DNA from: Stramenopiles sp. TOSAG23-2
Lineage: Eukaryota
DNA length: 41,213 bases
Direction: 5' to 3'
Assembly (NCBI GenBank): GCA_900128395.1
Contig: LT649303.1
Location: 1-41,213, forward strand
Positions 30,001 through 37,119 of this stretch are shown here, in pieces. The notes beneath the pieces were generated by a model that was not told the origin of the DNA, did not search any database, and worked only from the letters and a program-made list of their open reading frames with translations. The position numbers and the translations under genes are program-made. Position 1 is the stretch's first letter. Each line of letters begins with the position of its first letter.

Positions 30001-32665
30001 CAAATGTATGGTAATATCTTTTTCCTGGACTCAACCCACCTTCTGTTAATGGTCTTGTCCATGTCATTGATTTTAAGTTTAAGGCGAATAAATCGTTTCG
30101 AACTTCACCATGTAAACAACAGCCGCCATAAATTAACATGGAATCTTTGTATATTATTGCAGCATGCCCATATAATGGACCAGGTTCTTGACCATTTTCA
30201 ACTATGGCTGGCATTGACCATGTTGAAGTATCTAAATCCAATACATATAGCTCACCGAATATACCATCCTCCTCGCTAATACCACCATAAAGATACGCAA
30301 TGTTTCCATTATATTTATTATTGCTATAATCTTCAAACGTCGTATGTACTGCAAGTGAATGCGAATGTCTAGGTGGTGGTATGACACCAGTCTCATTACC
30401 ACCTGTAAATGTACCGGGTACGTATACTTGCATCGAAAATATTGCGTCAAAGTCATTCAACTCTGAATTTTGTAAAACTTCGAATCGAAGCATGTTGGAA
30501 AACGGGACGCTTTCACTACCATCATATGAAAAGATTCCTTCCGGCTGATTCATACCTATAAGTCCATTGTTTGCAAGAATTTTACCTGGGGTACCAAACG
30601 TAAAAGAACCAACCTCCCCTGATGGCTCATATCCATTCCAAAAACAAACTTTGGCACCACTAATTATATTTTCTACTTTTCGTATTTTGTACATTCCACC
30701 TGTATTGAAATATATAATATTATTATCCTCGTAGCATCCATCCATATTATCGAAGTTCTCAATCTCACCACCCCACGTTTTCCCTTCAAGTTCTGTTGCA
30801 GCTAATTTACAATTCACTGAAGTTTTGATATGGTCGAAATTATAATCACACGGACCACCATCTCTACTTGCAATCCTATAATCGACATCCTCATAAGCCC
30901 ATTTATTTTTGATACCTGACTCATCCACATGCTTATTACCGTCCAATCGTTTAACTTTAATATAACCTCGAATTGCTGAAAAAGTATGGGGAACAATGAT
31001 TTCACATCTAATGTATGATTTTCCAAAAAAATCAAATCGTAAACTGTTTTCCTCTAGATAATTAGAAACTGAATCTTTATGGCCAAACAAAGTCTTACAC
31101 CTGACCGAACTGCTTGAAAAGGTGATATTGTGCCATTTGGTTTTATTAGTTACATATGAATATTGCGATGCAATAAATGTTCCCCAGTTATTATTTGTAT
31201 TACTGTCATCATACACGGGAGAATCTACAGTCGCTGTATCGCAAGATTCAGGCGGCACAAGACGATATGATCTAAAATAGTTTGCTGGTTTATTGACTGG
31301 ACTTGTTTCACAAGCGTCATTTAAAAATTCTTGGAAACATTTTTTTTCATCTGTAGTAGAACCGGAAATAACGCTATTTTTAAAATATGTACATGGTGGG
31401 TATGCATTTAAACCTAACCTGGCATAGCATTTTTTAGCACAGATATCCCGTGCGGCATTTTCATTATTTGGATGATTGCCATCCATATCATATATTTCGA
31501 GATCATTCCCGTCATTGTATATTAAATTATTGCTACCACAATCGGCTGTTGTAGTAATTTGTTCAATTTCGTTCCAAGGACACATTACTGAACAAGCTGA
31601 TGATGGTATACCTACATGACAAACACACATATACCTTGATGATTTATCTGATCTGCAAGTCATAGTTTTAGTAATCTCTTTCGCAAAATTGAAATATATT
31701 TGATTATCATTTCTATCTTGTATACAACCATATACTTTGGTATTGTCATTGAATTCAAAATCACCAGCACTAATATCGCCGATATTAAATTTAAGCCTAT
31801 TCACAGTCGCATATGCACGGCATTGTTCAAATGTAAGTGGATTTGGACATGAACCTTTGTCGCCATAAATTGCAGGAGTGTTTGTAGGATCATTAAATAA
31901 ACCATATACATAAGCATTAACAAAACCTTTATACGGACCATATGGAAATGCTGTTATTCCAGTATGTACATCTGAAAAAGTACCACATGTACCAAACCAT
32001 TTTGTTTGCCATACTGAATTTTCATTTTGGGAGCGTTCCCATGTACAATCAGTAAATTCTTTTTGTAAATTCCTATGACCTACCACACTTAACGTGTCCC
32101 ATTGTATACCCCCCAAAGTGTTACATATATGACCAGTATAAAGAACATATACAAAACCATCTGTACCTAAACATGTTGAATCAGGCAAGAATGCAGTACT
32201 AACAATTGTTTCTACTTTTTTACCAATTGTTCGACATGTTCCATTATTACCAGTTGGAAGTAATGCATGGTGAAAATCTTTAGCATATGAACATTTACCT
32301 TTTCTAAAAGTTCCTACTTTATTGCCATCATTAGAATCTGGTAAACTTCCACCTTTCCATAGACACGATTGTGTTGGATAAAAATAATCAAAACCAACGC
32401 ACTGGGAAGAATGTTTATCACATACAGTTTGGCATTTGTTAATACTCATACCCGATATGCCATAATTAGCAATGCTGCCATCATTCCACATATGTATTGA
32501 GGGACCTGATAAACAATGTCTCCCAGACGTAGATACATACGTTCTTGCTTCTGCATATAGTATATGATTATTTAAATACGAAACAGTGTTTATAATTATA
32601 ATCAAACTGAGAAGACAATTAAAGTAAGCTGTAGTGATATGAAAAAATTGATAATACAATTTCAT
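21068..32665 (-). CDS. Giant (3865 aa) intronless secreted or surface multidomain protein: PAN/apple, Cys-rich modules, six Kelch repeats, LamG/concanavalin-like domains, furin-like repeat
   Basis: 11.6-kb open frame with a hydrophobic N-terminus. PAN: CQTVCDKHSSQCVGFDY..SCLWK. Kelch: PxxRxxH...GG...W motifs. LamG: TYETWIK...WYHLAVT...YVNG...NFRLWKRA. Furin-like: CEVNCFGCLSHETCVVCEDRFYL. Confidence 0.85.
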   Translation of the reverse strand: MKLYYQFFHITTAYFNCLLSLIIIINTVSYLNNHILYAEARTYVSTSGRHCLSGPSIHMWNDGSIANYGISGMSINKCQTVCDKHSSQCVGFDYFYPTQSCLWKGGSLPDSNDGNKVGTFRKGKCSYAKDFHHALLPTGNNGTCRTIGKKVETIVSTAFLPDSTCLGTDGFVYVLYTGHICNTLGGIQWDTLSVVGHRNLQKEFTDCTWERSQNENSVWQTKWFGTCGTFSDVHTGITAFPYGPYKGFVNAYVYGLFNDPTNTPAIYGDKGSCPNPLTFEQCRAYATVNRLKFNIGDISAGDFEFNDNTKVYGCIQDRNDNQIYFNFAKEITKTMTCRSDKSSRYMCVCHVGIPSSACSVMCPWNEIEQITTTADCGSNNLIYNDGNDLEIYDMDGNHPNNENAARDICAKKCYARLGLNAYPPCTYFKNSVISGSTTDEKKCFQEFLNDACETSPVNKPANYFRSYRLVPPESCDTATVDSPVYDDSNTNNNWGTFIASQYSYVTNKTKWHNITFSSSSVRCKTLFGHKDSVSNYLEENSLRFDFFGKSYIRCEIIVPHTFSAIRGYIKVKRLDGNKHVDESGIKNKWAYEDVDYRIASRDGGPCDYNFDHIKTSVNCKLAATELEGKTWGGEIENFDNMDGCYEDNNIIYFNTGGMYKIRKVENIISGAKVCFWNGYEPSGEVGSFTFGTPGKILANNGLIGMNQPEGIFSYDGSESVPFSNMLRFEVLQNSELNDFDAIFSMQVYVPGTFTGGNETGVIPPPRHSHSLAVHTTFEDYSNNKYNGNIAYLYGGISEEDGIFGELYVLDLDTSTWSMPAIVENGQEPGPLYGHAAIIYKDSMLIYGGCCLHGEVRNDLFALNLKSMTWTRPLTEGGLSPGKRYYHTFVFWLNKAYIYGGTNIPPPTLIKADPCGRRGKTSAITKTAVLQNGHVLKAPFNVNSKFGQFQTLTYETWIKFDAATFSGDSVEIFGGSTGNHGWFLKKHANCNFGHCLYLGESNVYGRIPIELNRWYHLAVTLDQDLQLKYYVNGQIDTDISLDNTCASTEYHYVKEGLPCPGGYDQVDNAATCQLVANDLSKTWGNQIASSNYIPGCVVRVANDISQTGYPDDTGDGIIAFNSNTDSTGNRGLKVCRRKNRLIVSQEGQRCPIYFVHVRTTSSECQTIANELSITYDVSSHNLEDHVPGCIFDQVSGNILFNDGGVELTDVSTAKGRPVCTPCLKSFIPDLGDKFVRGIGAAHLYNFRLWKRAVTQAELQCNALSTSIELTAEPYGPIFWPIFSTDLKDTIANQHLLNSDDSTATNINIAPLDFQASKHETIRNIIDRYDNICLDCSIACPGGAAPPCYDNYPWRTGTKTWENMKNEAISRGGRLPTLTEARALSVDDPQLSNIWIAVQNPNLYDKKDWMQLSRNSLLYPHGSSYVELLNGYPTWGDKSDVVVTPRSKYFAFVKGTSDTIYGDDVYMLNMKKLYWHRSKTSKNIPPIEISSINSGILTIPNGADYYDQAKFAVGDNVRIASKDPYETYSCVAGTRGRHRDGVFTVLSVEKLSTKTEVKILESIAGTVDTGNLELIDIKDGKIIIPGHFGIGTRLLTATITYDVNSASGKTCSAAGTYSISDNTELATTCRVASTGLNDAKCVDTASDEATCTALIDEGGTTHCVFTKGSTCRDSSNLEVDPCTDAVTDPTTCNNAGSCTYTHWTSITLKEHIQDMDSTNNINDGCLIRLHENDGCAVSRLNMRWKSYKARQPIKSLKDNIISVDDITGYGIGDEVTLTVNSDVNLHADATCDAENGISTYKVTGVITDRQINTCRSAITGLEDATCYDSLLSNPSLVTTADALLGSITTNVNEGTEFSDANPPVTVTTSGSGTGIALDLNIVSGVVSSVTVTTAGSGYQVGDTLTIPSGNLSTSNDVIITLVENDFVSQCTDPSCIRRYTDNAVVIASTTSILDMAVDGTNARCMLSRFVPPGYMKWTKLVHEDSSGDRTPTRRSGHSTVVDSGKMIIFGGYDGKRHLNDVQILDLENNINRKWMPGITRKIQGKYLYIHSERDALLTLLKIKVFDYYGNDIAVGKTVKHGFDRCPSGFPYAYSATMNFDSCCDDNKGFGDQRKRGNNCIPGSSEACTKKPCVDFVSATDSTAYPSTDAASWISIHLNEYNKQYENPIHRISILNGLSTYPTSGNNIHHSPEMMKRLKDAVLFITDEDIEELRDPMDYSLKWTLNDDPFQEYVNDRSDGYIEKDFRPVCLHRNLGSGCVSISAKLAYGSVCHSYPTLEKAFQACLHLPPESENYCNTITYLKSSGKTCFSYCSENFGCSTKTGSAGSVWRREVELPSPRSNHTAVVQNGVMHVYGGWDGQVIFDDLWNFDVTSGRWSSIHNLELKPYPRFSHASVLINGRMITFGGHSSEGIVPSSKLQCKKAGYCSPFKAIHVTGTKSAYLLRDGSQSYAEPTFPFKFWNDIDDELKIIEKSIVLDNAYHDGWYTVFTEAVGEGYGDYRLDDSNIRLLNLDGVNSAPPEECVINGNYQVRIEYGSALSNYVQFTVPSGSNIFEQQINQNIQLSGVTSSFSEFGTTATFCHACVKDGTRFGDSCWAVTKDNDNNRQYGCNGPNWEGIGVYYGGKARILSTLGWGGGFAGDKLNNGQKGGLPSVGVVIKVKCDQIENIVEVELDDDATLYIFSDTRNSAVDFGTVPQYRYDSLDNTLYRDISTSVWKQSMDNSGNALSTPYYIRLSFHGEYIEGEYLNDATKNDFVGLFNGKKGHFKMGSGGSNTLSFEISYSSKQITIHTTPNSIVLSYYNGDFSFNALFLEKSEPSLTLKNDNLLPGASGGPYTFNVWKSRIRKRNQRRKYHLNNDWKGTFGFALMPQHSATVCDKCGTRNDVSELLLYSTEGCEVNCFGCLSHETCVVCEDRFYLKNGNCYPSDICPHGIQSFNMPGKLPDVVCVTCSNGFSHCKGLTGYGRPATYVPSFNPFEKSTNLLTGNKDVFEISKINLGSVIAYTNYHVSFDIYPYSKSIGRNEIFRFTSSDKDCCAYLDKYLCVSFVPNNENALYFDSGQTVEKINLDLQVSFGSMRDGNMIMHIPAVSSGILLNQWSKVNIHVINNVYTVAVNRYKTSLTTTRRYRRPVRNDHLNIHFGQDPEQVLKSSPFVANGPFEADVLPSKNFIFLGSTGLFSDFTLSFSIWTTANKIYSKEIIRFSDGRSKSPVIRFDINGNLDIIMSENEQNITKDFISFKSSDHNLFDSEGWKHVLIDVHHNTLKASIQDESNTNIMPEVSVTLEGSYRPYKHDGKVYIKSNFVEEDSSIGAWTKILQIDGAEYTPDTNAQDELSDTKGDRKMSDVDINTIPADNNGYNYYMFTDDKTEEELVLYVRTKEEFQDTASVFGWKGSSPTALYDFCYLDHFQSITECIWTNRFFAGFGTGLGRSCNQWQFDDSSGSKCIQTSNTNKRCFSHGVQSSCSYLSVENQLRQNVKIYKLDLRIHSNFTGKCMEFFNDGASKSYDTLEQTCNDRRQRFCTYDEICPNGRFRKPIGGEHNSVDMWLPIENDEWVQIGTGAEGWCQKLSGNTVTYSDADWATTIENDEWVQIGTGAEGWCQKLSGNTVTYSDADWATTDTNVAHKQVYACCNNIADNNPKYLYIGNQNFGLKDITYTPTSTANNGQFAYFTYNPETSVAHDNHIGYTTIYENFQLSFEIKVDTKCNNTNVGQKCPILRFMSKSADMSPLISIKENSKLLCVNVHTECYDFGNGNPHNYELCADYEFASDGWQRVNIIYDNIQKNKLILNYPNDAYFKELELLSNGITSDGNICKIPRRKKGNVYLTTPDNSDYDYFSAGFDTMPEVRKIKYASLNFNSNANLREFTYNPV
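21827..22036. repeat. Exact in-frame tandem duplication, 105-bp unit (35 aa)
   Basis: tgtagtcgcccaatctgc at 21827 and 21932. Confidence 0.95.
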
Positions 32666-33161
32666 TGTGATCGTAGCAGAAACACGTTCAATCGCCTTGA
32701 ATAATAAAGATGTTCAAGCTATGTATTTGTATAAAGTGTGTGTATATATATATATATATCGTCCACAAATAGATCTGATATATGTTTACAATATATATCT
32801 AGATATTAAAATATAATATTTGTTAAAGTTAAAATATGGTATAATATAGATGTATTAATACATATATATATATATAGAGTATAATACTATAATAAGAACT
32901 ATTATTATATTAACAAATATTATTAATATAAATAACACAACAACACACTATAACACTTACCAACTGGTGGTATTATACACACTCTATATATTTTTTGAAA
33001 AAAATGAAACCAGAAGATAAAGATTGGCAGTGCAAGAAAGTTAAAGTAAAGGGTGCAAAAAGCACCAAATGAAAATTTTGATGCTATAATATTCTTATAG
33101 GGCTAAAGGTTCAAGGCTACTTATTAGTATATAATATTATAGTATACAACACATAATATTT

Positions 33162-34436
33162 TTAATTTATTTTTTTTCCATCACTTTTATTGAATTTATT
33201 ACTACTACTACTACCAATTCGAAGGAGAAAGAAAAAGGTAATGCAACTGGCAATGCAAATCAGTGTTGCATGTTGAATCCATTCGTCTGATTTTTCTTTT
33301 CCACATACTGTGTACCATTTGTTATTATCCATAGATGGGCGTATAATTGTATTATCCTGCTTTCGATTTTTGCAATTATCGAATGAATGATAAACATGTG
33401 CCATTTCAATATCTTTATTACAAGTATAAATTGAACGTTTTAAACCAGAAATATCGGTTCCTTCAATACCACAATCACCAAACGTTTGATGAACACCTGT
33501 TGAATTTTGATTCATTGAATCAAAATTATAAATAGTCAAAATTAAATATGTATAATGAAACAATACACACAGGTAAAGCCAATATATGTTGTCAACTTTT
33601 TTTGTAATAATTTCATTAGTAGTACTTGTACTTTCTTTTTTTTGAAAAACCAAAAGTGATATAAAAATAAAAAAAAGTATAAAACCAATGACAGAAAACA
33701 ATAGTAACGGGGTTGTTACACCACCTGTTAATGCTGTCATGGAACCCATAATAATCATCATTATTGGAACACTAAAACAAAATATTATCATAACAGTTTT
33801 TATACATCCATATAATGATAATACATTTTTCTTTTTCATAACATTGATACGATATAGCAACCCCCACGTGAAGCAAAAGACGACCGTCCATAAAGTCGAT
33901 GCAATTGGGACACCTAAATTTCTATACATCAACGAATTATCAGTTGTATGCCAGGTCCACCAAATGTATTTTGCACCTACAACATCCCACGGCCAGTAAA
34001 ATACTGCACATAATAATGAAATGAAACATGCATTTAATAATAAATGATTATTCTTAAAGTCGTTTCTAAACGTGTTCAATAACAATGTTGTTGGAATATA
34101 TAGCCATGATATATAATAAAAAAATATATACAACGGAAACCTTGGAGTTATCATAATTGCAGCTTGACTGTGAAAGAAATTATCAACTAAAGGTAAAAAC
34201 GAGAAGATAACATCATTCCCTAATCCACCAAGTAGTGCACAACAAAACAAGCATCCTTGTTGCATTCTCACTCTTTCATCTTTTTGGTATAATAAATGTA
34301 CTAAACAAATGAAAAAGTTCGCAGTATATACAAATTCACAGATAAGAAACGATGGAATATTTTCCAATACTAAATCTAAATTATTTACAGACCATGGAAA
34401 TTCATCAAATCTATTGCCAAAAATTAATTGATGCAT
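33162..34436 (-). CDS. Multipass membrane protein of unknown function (DNFFHSQ...RFPLY...DVVGAKYIWWTWH...GVP motifs)
   Basis: 424-aa ORF with about 9 hydrophobic segments and polar, conserved-looking motifs in the loops. Confidence 0.75.
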   Translation of the reverse strand: MHQLIFGNRFDEFPWSVNNLDLVLENIPSFLICEFVYTANFFICLVHLLYQKDERVRMQQGCLFCCALLGGLGNDVIFSFLPLVDNFFHSQAAIMITPRFPLYIFFYYISWLYIPTTLLLNTFRNDFKNNHLLLNACFISLLCAVFYWPWDVVGAKYIWWTWHTTDNSLMYRNLGVPIASTLWTVVFCFTWGLLYRINVMKKKNVLSLYGCIKTVMIIFCFSVPIMMIIMGSMTALTGGVTTPLLLFSVIGFILFFIFISLLVFQKKESTSTTNEIITKKVDNIYWLYLCVLFHYTYLILTIYNFDSMNQNSTGVHQTFGDCGIEGTDISGLKRSIYTCNKDIEMAHVYHSFDNCKNRKQDNTIIRPSMDNNKWYTVCGKEKSDEWIQHATLICIASCITFFFLLRIGSSSSNKFNKSDGKKIN

Positions 34437-34906
34437 CTGATGTTCTGTAATATAAAAAATATTTGAACCCCCTGGATCACACTAATAACAACGTAATATT
34501 ACGATGTCTTGTTTTAATTTTATTATTTGATACGATTGATTATATTTTTGCTGATGTGGGAGATAATATATATATATATATATACCACACACAACAATGT
34601 ATATCATCTTTTTTCTTCTTCTACTACTGATTAATTATCCGTATTACTTCTTTTGTTTCGTTTTTTTGGTGCTTTGAATTTTGATTTATAAAATAAAAAT
34701 TGAATAACATTATTAACATAAATACATATATATGAAATTGAAAATCTAAAAAAAATAAAAGAAAAAAAATCACAACCCTCTCTATATATATAACGCCATT
34801 CTATCAAGAATACATACGTAACCATATATATATATATATATACACACACATATACAATTTGTTGTTCGTGTTCTGTTGTATAATAATACAATTAATAAAA
34901 TTTATC

Positions 34907-36622
34907 ATGAATGAAAATGCTGTAACAGAGAAATTAGCAGGAAAATATTTTGATATACAACGCATTGATGAACATGGTGTGATACATACAGTAGAAAAAA
35001 TAAAAATAAAACAAAGCATACGCATGTACATAATTATCGCTTCTTGCGGGTTGAAAGAAAATAATCGCACAGTGTACGTACAGGTGAGACAAGCCATGTA
35101 TAATACCCAATTTATTCCTGTCAACGTACAAAATTATATTAAATTAACACAAGTAGAACAAAATTCAGGAAAAATATTGTTCCATTCAACATTTTTTGAT
35201 AATAATTTTATTGGAAAGCAATACATTGATAATGGGGATCAGAGGACTTCCAGAGCAAAAAGACAAAAACTTGCAATGCATAAGTTAGAAGATGCTGATG
35301 GCAATTTTGAATTGATGAATGACTCGAGATTTCAAGTGCTTAATTATGAAACTGTACAAGATTCCATAACAAATATAATTGGCACAGAAATGACTGTAAC
35401 ACCTGAAGAACGTGATAACGAGGCAAATAAGGAATTGAACGTGGAAATGCCACGGGAATCAAGGTTAGAAGTACATCAGTTACTGAAAGTGCTTGTAGAT
35501 AACTTTTCTTTTTGGAGAGCAAAGCCGACTTTAAAACATAGTAAAGGAACCACAGCACAACTGAAATTTACCCAATCAGAACCATATTGGAAGATTGCAC
35601 AAGATAATGCTGGAACATTATATGTTCATGAACTTACTAATGAAAAAACGCGTGAAAAGCCGAAAATTTTAAAATGGCAGCGTGTGAATGCACTGGATGA
35701 CGAGGAACACAATAGTGACGATACAAAGGTGATATGGTTCAACCAAGAGGATGTATTTGATATTGATAAAATAGAAGTATTGCAAAAAGATCCTGGTTTA
35801 GATAGAGTTATTCAAACAATTCGACAATATTCGAGTGTCGAGGATAAAGTTATTATGAACAGGGCGATTCGGATTTTGGATCGTATTAACAAGAAACTAA
35901 AAAATCCAGAGGAGAAATATATTGATACAAAATCGTTCAATATCGATAAAGAGAAGGTAAAGGAGATTTTAACAAAAAATGTTGATGGTCGACGTCATAA
36001 TTGGAAACACGATGTACCAGTGAAGCGTACAGATATGAACCCATTTTACAGAAATTGTTGTTTTGTGCGTTTTACATGTAACAATATAGCTATGAATAGT
36101 ATAGCAAAAATTGTGAATAATACGACGGCACTTGAATTTGGTGCTTTAATCACACCAAAAAATCATTCCAGCGCTGCACAGAAAAGTATCTACCTGAAAG
36201 TAAGAAAAACCAGGGATTTTATGAAATTTCATGATGATGGCTCTATCACTTTTGATTATTATAAAGGAGGGGACTATTGGAAAGATGGAATGCCAAAGCA
36301 TCAATTGGGATTCAATGCTTTTAAGTCGAAACCAAATGATGAATATACTGTTGATCTACCTGGATATTTTAACTCAATACCGAAGAACGGGGGGAGAGGT
36401 TTAAATACTATCATGAGTGTACTACAAGCGGATTCGAAAAATAAAAGTACCTTTTTATATGTGAAAAAAAATATTGATGCAATAAGAGAAAATGCAAAGA
36501 AATATTTCACTGGACAGCCAAATGGTAGATTAAGATTAGATGATATCGAAAAAATGTATGCAACTTTTGAATCAAAATTTAGAATTATATTTATTAGGTT
36601 TCAACAGAGACGTGATGATTGA
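34907..36622 (+). CDS. Hypothetical soluble protein (about 571 aa) with no recognised domain
   Basis: 1.7-kb open frame in AT-rich DNA; first ATG at 34907 (the ORF track starts at a TTG at 34859). Confidence 0.7.
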   Translation: MNENAVTEKLAGKYFDIQRIDEHGVIHTVEKIKIKQSIRMYIIIASCGLKENNRTVYVQVRQAMYNTQFIPVNVQNYIKLTQVEQNSGKILFHSTFFDNNFIGKQYIDNGDQRTSRAKRQKLAMHKLEDADGNFELMNDSRFQVLNYETVQDSITNIIGTEMTVTPEERDNEANKELNVEMPRESRLEVHQLLKVLVDNFSFWRAKPTLKHSKGTTAQLKFTQSEPYWKIAQDNAGTLYVHELTNEKTREKPKILKWQRVNALDDEEHNSDDTKVIWFNQEDVFDIDKIEVLQKDPGLDRVIQTIRQYSSVEDKVIMNRAIRILDRINKKLKNPEEKYIDTKSFNIDKEKVKEILTKNVDGRRHNWKHDVPVKRTDMNPFYRNCCFVRFTCNNIAMNSIAKIVNNTTALEFGALITPKNHSSAAQKSIYLKVRKTRDFMKFHDDGSITFDYYKGGDYWKDGMPKHQLGFNAFKSKPNDEYTVDLPGYFNSIPKNGGRGLNTIMSVLQADSKNKSTFLYVKKNIDAIRENAKKYFTGQPNGRLRLDDIEKMYATFESKFRIIFIRFQQRRDD

Positions 36623-36725
36623 TATGGTAGATTAAGATTAGATGATATCGAAAAAATGTATGCAACTTTTGAATCAAAATTTAGAATTATATTTATTAGG
36701 TTTCAACAGAGACGTGATGATTGAT
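36522..36725. repeat. Exact tandem duplication, 102-bp unit, covering the stop codon
   Basis: atggtagattaagattag at 36522 and 36624. Confidence 0.95.
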
Positions 36726-37119
36726 ATATATATATATATATATTCATAATTGCATGTGTGTACGAACCGTGCGTTATATATTTATATTATGACAACACAT
36801 GATCATATGATATTATATCATATGATCATACGTATTATATTTGTATGGAGGTATGAGGTACATAATCATTTTATGTCATTAATTCAAAGACACGGGGGTT
36901 AAAAAATAATTTATTACGTCGTATGATATAGTAGTAGTATCATACACGACATTTCGTATCACATAAAAATACAAAACTTGTTAAAATATATGATGTGGTT
37001 AAAATCTACGAAGTCGTAAGTTATAATAATTTTACACTTCTCGTGTTAAGTAAATATGTTAATATATATAATATAATGTATAATTTTTGTATAAACATTC
37101 TCCCCCACAAAAATCTCTC

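Noticed and set aside
21068-32665. Giant-virus or prophage origin for the whole region
   Set aside because: Flanking genes are core eukaryotic housekeeping genes; no capsid, packaging ATPase, polymerase or integrase gene is present.
33020-33120. tRNA or Pol III gene suggested by tggcagtg and ggttcaaggc
   Set aside because: A/B-box matches are poor and no cloverleaf can be formed.
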